From the IMG/VR virus record IMGVR_UViG_3300037478_000621, positions 2,403-66,402 of that record: a DNA stretch of 64,000 nucleotides; one strand, written 5' to 3'. Source of the stretch: a virus. Taxonomy: Duplodnaviria > Caudoviricetes. Position 1 is the first letter of the stretch, and every line of letters begins with the position of its first letter. This document shows, piece by piece, positions 27,851 through 36,573 of this stretch. The position numbers and the translations under genes were made by a program. The notes beneath the pieces were generated by a model. It was not told where the DNA came from. It saw only the letters and a program-made list of their open reading frames with translations, and made no database searches.

Positions 27851-28296
27851 TGCGCAGGAAGATAGATATCCGAAAGTTCCCGAAGGACTACAAGTTCCTG
27901 GTGACCGACCGCGCCGTTGAGTTGATCAAGGCGAAAGCGAAGAGAGAACGCTGGGGAGACACAGAGCTCTCACGCAAAGCGAAGGAGGCAGCTCTCCTTT
28001 GGGGCCGCAACCTTGTTGACCTGTCGAAGTTGAGCAGTACAGCTGTAACCAACGTCCTCGACAGGGATAAGCCTGATCCGGTGATGCAGAGCAAGCTGAT
28101 CCCCTACCTCCTCCTGGGCGTGGGGGAGGAGTTGACTTTTGACCTAGTACTCCCCTGTGAACCGGGGGAGACGGCGCTGATTGTTGACGAAGCAGACGCC
28201 TGGGCCTTCGAGGCGTTCTCTGCCTATCCTGAGCTCAGAGGCTTGCTGACTACCTACAAGCAACGCCTCCACGACCGCGGCGAAGAATCTCGCTAG
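27850..28296 (+). CDS. Putative immunity repressor (atypical, no S24 domain recognised)
   Basis: Divergent from cro across the operators; possible HTH 'DTELSRKA…SSTAVTNVL'; assigned mainly by position. Confidence 0.5.
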   Translation: MRRKIDIRKFPKDYKFLVTDRAVELIKAKAKRERWGDTELSRKAKEAALLWGRNLVDLSKLSSTAVTNVLDRDKPDPVMQSKLIPYLLLGVGEELTFDLVLPCEPGETALIVDEADAWAFEAFSAYPELRGLLTTYKQRLHDRGEESR

Positions 28297-28553
28297 CGGC
28301 TCCGGGCGGCTAGGCGCGCGGCCGCCGTCACATCGCCAGTGCCGCGGGCCCTGCCTGAGCGCTGTCCCTCGGCCCGAGTTATCGCGCTCTCGATTTCCTC
28401 GAGGGCGCACTCCATATCCCGCCTCGCCGCGGACAGGTCCGCGACGCGGCCTCGACATGTTCGCCAGAGCTTCTCTGCCTCTGTGATGTAAGCGACCGCA
28501 CTCACAAGCCGCTCGAGAGCTCGCCACTCCGGCCCGTCTTTATCCCTACCCAT
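28293..28553 (-). CDS. Hypothetical helical protein in the immunity region
   Basis: MGRDKDGPEWRALERLVSAVAY…; divergent from the early rightward promoter. Confidence 0.45.
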   Translation of the reverse strand: MGRDKDGPEWRALERLVSAVAYITEAEKLWRTCRGRVADLSAARRDMECALEEIESAITRAEGQRSGRARGTGDVTAAARLAARSR

Positions 28554-28614
28554 TGAACCCAATGTGAGGGAGAGCCACCCGGAGGGCCATCAGGATTTCT
28601 CCCGGACATTTTGC

Positions 28615-28654
28615 TCAAGTTTGACTTGACATGACTCAAGTTGAACTTTAGAGT
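28615..28654 (+). promoter_or_regulatory. Early rightward promoter TTGACA-N17-TAGAGT overlapped by operators 3 (TCAAGT-TTG-ACTTGA, 28615-29) and 4 (TCAAGT-TGA-ACTTTA, 28636-50)
   Basis: Consensus -35 at 28626-31, -10 at 28649-54; ATG at 28661. Confidence 0.85.
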
Positions 28655-28660
28655 GGGTCC

Positions 28661-28918
28661 ATGGTCAACGAGCACACCGGGAAGTCGCCCGAGGGCGCCC
28701 CCCACGTCACCTGCCCGCTCACGGGCCGGAGCGTCCTCCGTAATTCGGAGATCGGCCTCGCCATCCGGCTTGGCCACCACGCCGACCTGCCTGCCCTCTG
28801 GCGTCGTTACGACTACGCCGGAGCTCGGCAGCGGGCCTGCACCGACCGGCAGTACGTCGCGGACGTGCTGGCCGCGCACGCCGCCCGCAATGGGCGCGAG
28901 TACCGGAGGGCGGTCTAG
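28661..28918 (+). CDS. First early gene, hypothetical
   Basis: 85 aa, leaderless start after the promoter. Confidence 0.6.
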   Translation: MVNEHTGKSPEGAPHVTCPLTGRSVLRNSEIGLAIRLGHHADLPALWRRYDYAGARQRACTDRQYVADVLAAHAARNGREYRRAV

Positions 28919-29130
28919 TGGCCGGCCTCCATCCCTTCGTTGTCATCGCTGGCGGCCTGAACGCTCGCGCCCGCGAGCTTGCCAACGAGCGACCGGCTGC
29001 CGAGGCGCCCGAGCCGCGTTGCTCGTCGTGCCGTGACCGCGGTTATCACGTCGCCGACCGGCTCATCGACGGCCGCTGGCAGACCGTCGAGGTCGCGTGC
29101 CTCGCCTGCACCGGACCGGAGGCCGCGTAG
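28918..29130 (+). CDS. Zn-finger hypothetical
   Basis: CSSCRDRG…CLAC. Confidence 0.6.
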   Translation: MAGLHPFVVIAGGLNARARELANERPAAEAPEPRCSSCRDRGYHVADRLIDGRWQTVEVACLACTGPEAA

Positions 29131-29132
29131 TC

Positions 29133-29432
29133 ATGGCCAAGGTCACCGTCGAGATCGACACCAACACGGTCGAGCTGCTCGCCGACTTCGTCTACTGGCT
29201 CCGCCGCCAGGACCACTACACCGGTCGCGATGCGGCGAAGCACAAGCAGGCCAGCGAGGCCGTGCGCACCGCTCGAGCCGACGCTTCAACCGCTGTCGCC
29301 GCCGACCTGGCCGCCAACATTCAGGCCGTTCTCGACGAGCGCGCCGTCGCCGGCAAGGTCAAGGACGATCCCGGCGTCGATGCCGAGGGCTGGCCCGGCG
29401 TCTGGCGCTGTCGCCCGCGGAGGGCTGTCTAG
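29133..29432 (+). CDS. Hypothetical protein
   Basis: ATG 29133 with RBS GGAGG. Confidence 0.6.
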   Translation: MAKVTVEIDTNTVELLADFVYWLRRQDHYTGRDAAKHKQASEAVRTARADASTAVAADLAANIQAVLDERAVAGKVKDDPGVDAEGWPGVWRCRPRRAV

Positions 29433-29636
29433 ATGGCCCAGCACGCCTGCACCGAATGCGGCGCCATCCGCTCGTCCGACCAGCTGGTCTACTGCGTCCA
29501 CTGCGACGGGCACACGTGCCTCGGGCCCGACGAGATCACCTACGTCCCCTACGGTGACGACATCGCCGCCGACCTGGTGCCGACGATCAGCGAGTGCGAG
29601 GGCCGCCACGAAGCTTCGCACGAGGTGGTCTCGTGA
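29433..29636 (+). CDS. Zn-finger hypothetical
   Basis: CTEC…CVHC…C. Confidence 0.6.
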   Translation: MAQHACTECGAIRSSDQLVYCVHCDGHTCLGPDEITYVPYGDDIAADLVPTISECEGRHEASHEVVS

Positions 29637-29845
29637 TCGGCATCGGCTACCGCGACTCGGCGCTTCGCCGCGATGTCGCCAATCGCACCGCCTCGCATAT
29701 CCGCGTCTCCATTTTGCCCGCGGACATCGGCGCCGGCTGGACCGCCACCGCGCTCATCAACGACACCGTCCGCTCGAGGTGGTGCGCCACGAAGGGTGAC
29801 GCTCGCGCGACGGTGACTGCCTGGCTCGCGGAGGTAGCGCGATGA
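29633..29845 (+). CDS. Hypothetical protein
   Basis: GTGA coupling. Confidence 0.5.
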   Translation: MIGIGYRDSALRRDVANRTASHIRVSILPADIGAGWTATALINDTVRSRWCATKGDARATVTAWLAEVAR

Positions 29846-30171
29846 CGCTCCGCGGCGCCATCCGCTCGATCGTGGAATCAGTCCGCGTCTGCGATGTCCG
29901 GCTCCACCTCCGCCTCGGAGTTCCCGAAGATCACAGCCGTGCTGCGTTCGAGATTCTCGTCGAGCTCGGCGCCGAGGTTCGTCGAGCGGTCTACTCCGGC
30001 GCCAACGGCGAGCCCCCATTCGTAATTGAAGTGGCCGAACTCCCCATCGGCCTCGGCCATGTCGCTGAGCAATGGTCGCGCCCGGCTACCGCCGACGAGA
30101 TTGCGCAGCTCGAGGGACCCAAAGTTTTCGAGCTGCCGCACTCCAGCGCTCGTGCTCGGAGGCTGCCGTGA
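29842..30171 (+). CDS. Hypothetical protein
   Basis: 109 aa, ATGA coupling with RBS GGAGG. Confidence 0.55.
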   Translation: MTLRGAIRSIVESVRVCDVRLHLRLGVPEDHSRAAFEILVELGAEVRRAVYSGANGEPPFVIEVAELPIGLGHVAEQWSRPATADEIAQLEGPKVFELPHSSARARRLP

Positions 30172-30177
30172 TGTTCA

Positions 30178-30580
30178 GAGACCCCGCGACCACCCTTGCT
30201 GTCCTGGGAGGCCTCGTCGGCGACGACGGGGCGAGAGACTACTGCCGAGGTCTAGGATTCGGCTCAACGGGCCCAGGTGCTTCGGAGCCTCGAGGACGCT
30301 CGAGGAGTTCCGACGCGGAGGCACCCAGCATCGGTGACGAGCTCGTCTCGGGGTCTCGTTTTGTTGTCGATTCGGAACGCGTCGGCATGGTGGGCGGGGA
30401 GATCCCGTCACGCGCCCTCGATGAGGTCGGTGAAACACCGCCGCGTTCCGATCTTTTTGCCGGCGGCCCGAGCATCTCTCCCCAGGTGTTGCTCGTGACC
30501 AGGGTCGCCGGCATCTCTCTTACCCGACCGGGCACGGCTTCCCCTGGAACCCCCGCGACTCGTCGTGCCCGGTCGGCTTT
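30178..30580 (+). ncRNA. Candidate structured non-coding RNA / attenuator region
   Basis: Long stems 30178-90/30345-57, 30369-85/30438-53 and 30524-36/30564-76 (perfect 13 bp); a GNRA hairpin (30212-31) and a C(UUCG)G loop; U-rich tails after the stems. Confidence 0.5.
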
Positions 30581-30595
30581 CTTCGAGACCAGGCC

Positions 30596-31798
30596 ATGAG
30601 ACGTCTCAGCACCTCACGCGCCCGCGTTTTCCGGCGCTGCCCGCGCGAGCACCAGCTGCGCTACGAGAAGCGCCTCGAGTCGCTCTCCGACCGCGCCGCG
30701 GCTCGCTTTGGGACGCTGTTCCACAACGGTCGCGATGCCTGGTTCGCGGCTCACGCCACCGGCCTGCGCGGCGAGGAGCAGCTCGTCGCGGCGCTCGCCG
30801 AGATCAAGGCCACCGCCACCGATGAAACCGACGAGTACGAGCTCGCGAAGGCGCTCGCGCTGATGGTCGGCTACCACGAGCGCTGGGGCGACGAGCCGAT
30901 GAGGGTCCTCGGCACTGAGATGGAATTCGAGGCGCCCTTGCTCAACCCGGACTCTGGCCGCCCGTCTCGGACCTGGCTCTTTGCCGGCAAGGTCGATGGC
31001 GTCGTCCAAGAGATCGAGGAGTTCGACGGCCTGGCCTGGCTCAACGAGCTGAAGACCTCCACCGAGGACGTCTCGCCGGGCTCGACCTACTGGGAACGTC
31101 TGCTCGTTGACGACCAGGTGAGCAACTACCACATCGGGGCGGCGGCCCTCGGCCTCGAGGTCGCCGGGTGCATCTACGACGTCGCGAAGCGCCCGGCGCT
31201 GAAGCCCAAGCAGGCAACTCCAGAGGAGTCGCGCAATTACACCAAGGGCAAGGCATGCAAACTGTGCAAGCCGCGCCCGGCGCCGGTCAAACACTGCGCG
31301 GTCTGCGCCGGTTCGGGCTTCGAGGAAGCGCCCCGGCTCTACGCGAACCAGCGCGCCGAGGACGAAACGCCAGGCGAGTACTACCAGCGCATCCTCGAAG
31401 ACATCGCCGCGAACCCGGAGGGCTACCTCCGACGCCACAAGGTCGTCCGGCTGGCCGACGAAGTCATCGACGCCCGGCGCGATCTCTGGCGCACCTCGCG
31501 CGAGATCCGCGAGACCGAACTGGCGGGCTACGCCCCGAAGAATCCAAGCGCATGCACGCGCTTCAATTCTCGATGCGAGTACTTCCCGATCTGCTCGGGA
31601 ACGGCGAGCGCAAGCGACCCGACACTGTACCGCATCCGTGAGACCGAGCTCCCAGAGCTCTCCACCCCGACGAAGGAGAAGTCGACAAATGGCACAGACC
31701 AAACCGAAGCCCCATCCCCAGCCCCAAACCCAGGCGAAGCCTTCGCCGACGAGCGCTCCGTCAACGGCGCCGACCGAGACCAAGAAGCCCTCTTCTAG
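30596..31798 (+). CDS. PD-(D/E)XK (Cas4-like) recombination exonuclease
   Basis: 'C' at the N-terminus, 'FGTLFH', 'GKVDG…LNELKT', 'QVSNY', C-terminal 'CTRFNSRCEYFPIC'. Confidence 0.85.
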   Translation: MRRLSTSRARVFRRCPREHQLRYEKRLESLSDRAAARFGTLFHNGRDAWFAAHATGLRGEEQLVAALAEIKATATDETDEYELAKALALMVGYHERWGDEPMRVLGTEMEFEAPLLNPDSGRPSRTWLFAGKVDGVVQEIEEFDGLAWLNELKTSTEDVSPGSTYWERLLVDDQVSNYHIGAAALGLEVAGCIYDVAKRPALKPKQATPEESRNYTKGKACKLCKPRPAPVKHCAVCAGSGFEEAPRLYANQRAEDETPGEYYQRILEDIAANPEGYLRRHKVVRLADEVIDARRDLWRTSREIRETELAGYAPKNPSACTRFNSRCEYFPICSGTASASDPTLYRIRETELPELSTPTKEKSTNGTDQTEAPSPAPNPGEAFADERSVNGADRDQEALF

Positions 31799-32795
31799 GC
31801 TCGGCATGGTCCGGCGCGGTCGGATTCCTTCGCCACTCCGCGCCCTGATCTACGGCGTGGAGGGGGTCGGGAAAAGTACTCTCGCCGCCGCCTCGCCAAA
31901 CCCGATCTTCTTCGACATCGAGGGTGGCTCCGACCACCTCGACGCCGTTCGCTACGTCTGGCGCGAGAACGGCAACGGCCATATCCCCCGGTCGATGGCC
32001 GACGTCTACGACGCCATCCAGGATCTCGGTCGCAGCGATCACGACTACAAGACGCTCGTCATCGACACCATCGATGCCCTCGAGCCGCTCGTCTGGGACT
32101 CGGTCTGCAAGGCGTACTCCGGCAAGAAGGGCGCGCTCAATAAGAACGGCAAGAAGATCGCCACGATCGAAGAGTTCGGCTGGGGCAAGGGTTTCAACGT
32201 GGCTGTCGATGAGTGGCGTCGTTTCTGCTCGATGCTCGACCGGCTTCGCGCTCACCGCGACATGGCCATCATCCTGCTCGGCCACTGCCACGTCCGCACC
32301 TACAAGAACCCGATCGATGACGACTACGATCGCTTCTACCTGCGCCTCCACGACAAGGGCGCCGGGATGGTCAAGGAGTGGGCGGACGTCGTCGGGTTCT
32401 GTAGCTTCGAGGAGGTTGCCGACCGCCTCGACGGCGAGCACCGAGCTCGCGGCGTCTCGACCGGCCGCCGGCTGATCCATCTCACCCGCACCGCGGCATG
32501 GGACGCCAAGAGTCGCATCGCCCTGCCCGACCAGGTCGAGATCGACCTCGAGCACCCATGGCAGCCGTTCGCCGAGGCGCTCGACCTTGCCCGCGCCGCC
32601 AGCCCCGAATACCTGCGCCAGCTCATCGAGGGCGAGTTGGCGCGCCTCGACGACCCCGACACCCGCACCCGCGTCGAAACCGCCGTGGCAGGCGCCGGCG
32701 ACGACGCCGGGACCCTCTCCAAATTCTTGGTGCGCCTCAAGCAGATGGCCACCGCAACCGAGACCGAGACGCAAGAGGAGTCTACCGATGAGTAA
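31689..32795 (+). CDS. Sak4-like (AAA_24) ssDNA annealing ATPase
   Basis: 'LIYGVEGVGKST' Walker A, 'LVIDTIDALE' Walker B, 'AWDAKSR'; ATG 31689 with RBS AAGGAG. Confidence 0.85.
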   Translation: MAQTKPKPHPQPQTQAKPSPTSAPSTAPTETKKPSSRLGMVRRGRIPSPLRALIYGVEGVGKSTLAAASPNPIFFDIEGGSDHLDAVRYVWRENGNGHIPRSMADVYDAIQDLGRSDHDYKTLVIDTIDALEPLVWDSVCKAYSGKKGALNKNGKKIATIEEFGWGKGFNVAVDEWRRFCSMLDRLRAHRDMAIILLGHCHVRTYKNPIDDDYDRFYLRLHDKGAGMVKEWADVVGFCSFEEVADRLDGEHRARGVSTGRRLIHLTRTAAWDAKSRIALPDQVEIDLEHPWQPFAEALDLARAASPEYLRQLIEGELARLDDPDTRTRVETAVAGAGDDAGTLSKFLVRLKQMATATETETQEESTDE

Positions 32796-33339
32796 TTTGA
32801 TCCGAGAAGGCACCGTCCCCGCTGTTGCGCGCGGCTACGCGTTCGGCGAAGCCAAGACTGGCACCGAGCAAATCGGAGTGCAGTTCGAGCTCCTGGGCGG
32901 CCCGGACACCGGCCGGATGATCACCTGGTACGGGTACTTCACCGAGAAAACCTACGAGCGGACGCTCCAGAGCCTCCGCTACATGGGATGGAAGGGCACC
33001 GACGTTACCAACCCGGGCGAGCTCGATCAAAAGGTCATGCTCGTCATCGCGCACGAAGAGGACCAGAACGGCGACATGCGCGCCCGGGTTCAATGGGTCA
33101 ACGGCTACGGCTCCGCGGCCATCCGCCTGAGCAAGCCCATGACGCCAGACAAGCTGCGCACGTTCAGTGCCCGGATGGCGAAGCGCGCCGCGAAGGTGCC
33201 CGAGCTCGAGGGTGAGCGCGCGCCGGATGAGGTGCCGCCGCCGAGCTCGAACGACTCGGACTGGAGCGACGATCAGCCGCCTCCCCCGGGGCCGGACGAC
33301 TTCGGGGGCAGCGACTTCAACGACGACATCCCCTTCTAG
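32788..33339 (+). CDS. Single-stranded DNA-binding protein (DUF669-like)
   Basis: OB-like 'KTGTEQIGVQFELL' and acidic tail ending DDIPF; follows Sak4. Confidence 0.85.
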   Translation: MSNLIREGTVPAVARGYAFGEAKTGTEQIGVQFELLGGPDTGRMITWYGYFTEKTYERTLQSLRYMGWKGTDVTNPGELDQKVMLVIAHEEDQNGDMRARVQWVNGYGSAAIRLSKPMTPDKLRTFSARMAKRAAKVPELEGERAPDEVPPPSSNDSDWSDDQPPPPGPDDFGGSDFNDDIPF

Positions 33340-33343
33340 GTCC

Positions 33344-33589
33344 ATGTCCGTCGTCGTCATCATCCTCCTGTCGGCTGTCGTGCTGGCCCAGTCCACCTCG
33401 GTGGTGCTGGGCCGGCGCGGCCGCCGACTGGAGTTGGCGCCCCTCCAGTGCGCCTGCGGCCACAGTGCTTGCTATCACGGGCCTAAGGACGGCAAGCAGG
33501 CGGTCTGTCACCAGTCGGGGTGCCACTGCCAGACGCTTCTGATGCCGAGCCTCATCCCGGCTGCCCGGGCGCTGGCGGAGAGAACCTAG
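33344..33589 (+). CDS. Small protein with N-terminal TM and Cys/His motif
   Basis: MSVVVIILLSAVVLA…CACGHSACYH…CHQSGCHC. Confidence 0.55.
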   Translation: MSVVVIILLSAVVLAQSTSVVLGRRGRRLELAPLQCACGHSACYHGPKDGKQAVCHQSGCHCQTLLMPSLIPAARALAERT

Positions 33590-33591
33590 CG

Positions 33592-34203
33592 ATGTTTGCG
33601 GCCACCTACGCAAACTACTCGCCCGACTGGTGGACGCCCGGCGCGTGGTGGGACTGGGTCCGCGCCAGCTTCGGCACCGATGACGTGTTCGACCCGTGCC
33701 CGGGGACATGGCAGCCCGGGGACCCGAGTGGACTGGAGATCCACTGGCAATGGCCGGCCTACGTCAACCATCCGGGCTCGCGAGGCTCGGCGCAGAAGTG
33801 GTGGTCCGTCGCCCAGCTGCAGACATGGACCCGCTGTCGGTGCCGCGTCACAGCCGTGCCGCCGAATTACACGAAGCGGTGCAAGGAGTGCGGCGAGCGG
33901 TTGATGGGCCGGCCACTCGAGCAGTCGCCTCTCATCTGGTGCGCCTTTTCCGTCGAGCAGCTGCGCCATATGCGCCCGTCGCCGCTCGAGATTCCCGGCA
34001 CCCTCGTCGCTCCCCGTGAGCGCGTGGCGTTCCTCTGGGGAGGCGACAGCGGGCGCCCAGAAAAGGGAGGAGCGATGCGCATCCACGGCGCGCCAATGAG
34101 GTCGCCCGGCAACTGGACGGTCTTCTGGGCGTCGGCGGGCGTCGAGGTTGCGACGCCGCCGGTGGAGTCGATCGTGGTGCCAACGGGACGGGGTTCTCGA
34201 TGA
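33592..34203 (+). CDS. Divergent phage Dam-like N6-adenine methyltransferase
   Basis: 'DWWTP…VFDPCP…SGLEIHW…YVNHPG' follows the phage Dam family layout, but NPPY is replaced by NHPG. Confidence 0.55.
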   Translation: MFAATYANYSPDWWTPGAWWDWVRASFGTDDVFDPCPGTWQPGDPSGLEIHWQWPAYVNHPGSRGSAQKWWSVAQLQTWTRCRCRVTAVPPNYTKRCKECGERLMGRPLEQSPLIWCAFSVEQLRHMRPSPLEIPGTLVAPRERVAFLWGGDSGRPEKGGAMRIHGAPMRSPGNWTVFWASAGVEVATPPVESIVVPTGRGSR

Positions 34204-34478
34204 GCCGCAAGCCCGAGTTCTGGGGCACCCCGGGTGACAGGCACCTGAGCTGCACCTCGGTAGACGAGGCGGTCGAGATGATCCTCGAGCGCTCCTGGCC
34301 GGACCGCCCCGAGCATGTCGTGGTCGCCGGCTTCGCCCCGATCTCGCGGTACCTGCCGCACGTCTGCGAAGAGGTGTGCCGGCACACCGTCGATGTTTGG
34401 TCTTGGTGCCGCCAGTACCGGCCGGACCTGCTTGGCCCCGAAGAAGACCAAGGCGATGGGCTGGGAGGGCATCCGTGA
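34200..34478 (+). CDS. Hypothetical protein
   Basis: 92 aa, ATGA coupling. Confidence 0.55.
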   Translation: MSRKPEFWGTPGDRHLSCTSVDEAVEMILERSWPDRPEHVVVAGFAPISRYLPHVCEEVCRHTVDVWSWCRQYRPDLLGPEEDQGDGLGGHP

Positions 34479-34927
34479 GCCGTCTGCCGGCGATCACGAT
34501 TTGGCAGCCCTACGCCTGGGCTATCGCTGCCGGACACAAACGCGTTGAGAACCGGACGTGGTTGCCGCGAATCGTCGGCGTTGACATCGCGATCCATGCC
34601 GGCAAGACGCTGGACGAGGACGCTCTGCTCGCGATGCAGGTCGGCTCCTACCTCCCCGATCGCGGTGACGCCCCCGAGGCCGACCAGCTCGCTCGCGGAG
34701 CCGTAGTCGCCGTCGCCCGCTTGTTCGCTGCGACCCGCTATCCCGCCATGGTCCAGTCGCAACTCGGCGCCGGCCAGCTGCGGTGGTTCAACGGGCCGGT
34801 CGGCTGGCTGCTCAGCGACGTGCGGAGACTGCCGGAACCCGTGCCCTGCCGCGGTGCCCAAGGACTCTGGGCGTTGCCCGGCGACGTGGACGCGGCCGTG
34901 CGTCGACAAGTCGAGGTTGCAGCATGA
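34475..34927 (+). CDS. ASCH-domain protein
   Basis: 'AITIWQPYAWAIAAGHKRVENRTW…IAIHAGK…GAVVAVARL…GAQGLW' is a classic ASCH motif. Confidence 0.9.
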   Translation: MSRLPAITIWQPYAWAIAAGHKRVENRTWLPRIVGVDIAIHAGKTLDEDALLAMQVGSYLPDRGDAPEADQLARGAVVAVARLFAATRYPAMVQSQLGAGQLRWFNGPVGWLLSDVRRLPEPVPCRGAQGLWALPGDVDAAVRRQVEVAA

Positions 34928-35655
34928 TCGAAGCCACCTGCCCCAGCTGCCAGGGACCACTCGGCAAAACCTACTGGACCGCCATCCCCGGCGTCAACGG
35001 TCCGCTCTGCGACCCCTGCCACAAGAGCAAGCTGGCCGCCGGCGAGATCGGCGGGGCGATGTCGCGGAGCGATGGCGTCGAACTCACCTCGGCGCCAGCG
35101 AAAGAGCGCGACCTCTCCGGCGAGCCGTGGGCCTCGATGGCGGAGGGCTTCGCGCGGGCGAAGGCGAACCCGCCGCCGTGCCTCGACGACGTCATCGCCG
35201 AGCGTGATCACCTCCGCGCCGCCCTCGCGCGAATCACCAATATCACCGCGGCCTATATCCAGGACCGCGCCGAGCAGTGGGATGCCGAGTCCGGCTACCG
35301 GACTCCCATCGAGGACGTCGCCTTCCAGGTCCGACAAGGCGAGCACCTGGCCGCCTACGAGCACGGCGAGCTCGATGACCTCTTGGAGGGACAAGCGCTC
35401 ACGGTGGAGGTCGCCGGCGGTCAACTCGTAATCACCGTGGGCATCGAAACGCTGGCCACTGCGTGCGCGAGCGCGCCCGGCCTCGACAGCCCGACCATAG
35501 TGGACGCGGCCGCCTTCGCTGATGAGGTGCGCCACGAGCTTACCAAGGAGGAAGAGGACGGAACGACTCCCCTCCACAGCTTCCTCGATGCCATCTTCGA
35601 GACCGCAGTCTACAACGGTGCCAGCGGCGTCATCTGCCCGGGTGACGACGAATGA
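34924..35655 (+). CDS. Mosaic hypothetical (N-terminal Zn finger; C-terminal domain paralogous to 19570..19908)
   Basis: CPSC…CDPC; shared KEEEDGTTP domain. Confidence 0.7.
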   Translation: MIEATCPSCQGPLGKTYWTAIPGVNGPLCDPCHKSKLAAGEIGGAMSRSDGVELTSAPAKERDLSGEPWASMAEGFARAKANPPPCLDDVIAERDHLRAALARITNITAAYIQDRAEQWDAESGYRTPIEDVAFQVRQGEHLAAYEHGELDDLLEGQALTVEVAGGQLVITVGIETLATACASAPGLDSPTIVDAAAFADEVRHELTKEEEDGTTPLHSFLDAIFETAVYNGASGVICPGDDE

Positions 35656-35888
35656 AGCCGCTCACCGACACCGAGAGAGTTGCGCTGGCTGCGGAGGTGG
35701 CCGCCTCGGGCGAGCCCATCCGCCTCGTAGTCGAGAGCGCCGGCAAGGGCGAGATGGCGCTCGCCGGGTCCTACGAGCGCCAGCCAAGCCCTGGACGCCG
35801 GCTGATGGCCGACTGCCACCGGCGCTGCGCGGCCATCTGGCGAGAGGTTTGGGCCGAGCTCGAGGCCGGCAGGAAAGGTGCTCGATGA
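35652..35888 (+). CDS. Hypothetical protein
   Basis: 78 aa, coupled. Confidence 0.55.
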   Translation: MKPLTDTERVALAAEVAASGEPIRLVVESAGKGEMALAGSYERQPSPGRRLMADCHRRCAAIWREVWAELEAGRKGAR

Positions 35889-36136
35889 GAGCGATCGACA
35901 GGATTCGAGCTATCCGCAAGCGAGCCGAGGCCAACCTCGACGTACCGCACCTGGCCGAGGGTGAGCGCGTTGTGGCAGCGCTGGCCCGGTTTGCGGAGAG
36001 CGCTCAACTCCTGATCAACGTCAACAACTGTCCGCTCTGCAAAGTCTGGTGGGAGCCGGGTTCGGGCGGCGGATGGCGGCACCACTTCGATTGCTCGCTG
36101 GCTCGCCTGAATCGCGACCTGGAGACACCCGGATGA
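35885..36136 (+). CDS. Hypothetical with CPLC…HHFDC motif
   Basis: ATGA coupling, RBS AAAGG. Confidence 0.55.
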   Translation: MRAIDRIRAIRKRAEANLDVPHLAEGERVVAALARFAESAQLLINVNNCPLCKVWWEPGSGGGWRHHFDCSLARLNRDLETPG

Positions 36137-36573
36137 AGGTCAAGCTCATCAGCGACAGCAACTACGGCTTCGATTCGATCGGCGTCTACCTCGACGACGG
36201 CAAGGAGGTCGGGCGCGTTGACATCATCGACAGCGCCGAACACGAGCGCGGCCTCGTGGAGGAGATGCTGGCTGCGGTCGCGGGTGAGGCCGTTGCCAAG
36301 GCTGTCGCCAACGAGCGCCGCATCTGGCAGGACGCCGTGTCGTGGCAGACGCCGATCCCGTGCTCGCCCGAAGACATCGGCATCTGCACTGGCTGCCTCG
36401 CGTTCCTCGACACGTCCACGTGCGAGTGCGGAGACGCTATCGACGGTCATGGCGAGTGGTCCGGTCACTCGGCTCAACCGATGGGGTGCCAGTGCCGATT
36501 CCAGACCAGCGAGGCCCGCGAGAAGGTGGGCGCCATCCGCGCCCGCGCCGAGAAAGGCCCGATCGATGGCTGA
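36133..36573 (+). CDS. Cys/His-rich hypothetical
   Basis: CTGC…CECG…H…H…GCQC. Confidence 0.6.
   Translation: MKVKLISDSNYGFDSIGVYLDDGKEVGRVDIIDSAEHERGLVEEMLAAVAGEAVAKAVANERRIWQDAVSWQTPIPCSPEDIGICTGCLAFLDTSTCECGDAIDGHGEWSGHSAQPMGCQCRFQTSEAREKVGAIRARAEKGPIDG

Noticed and set aside
30416-30440. Hammerhead-ribozyme-like core (CTCGATGAG…GAAAC)
   Set aside because: An extra base breaks CUGANGA, and no proper stem II forms between GA and GAAA.
30072-30599. 175-aa / 142-aa ORF across the structured region
   Set aside because: Low-complexity G/S/P/R composition and weak codon bias; DNA-level stems explain the region better. Not fully excluded.
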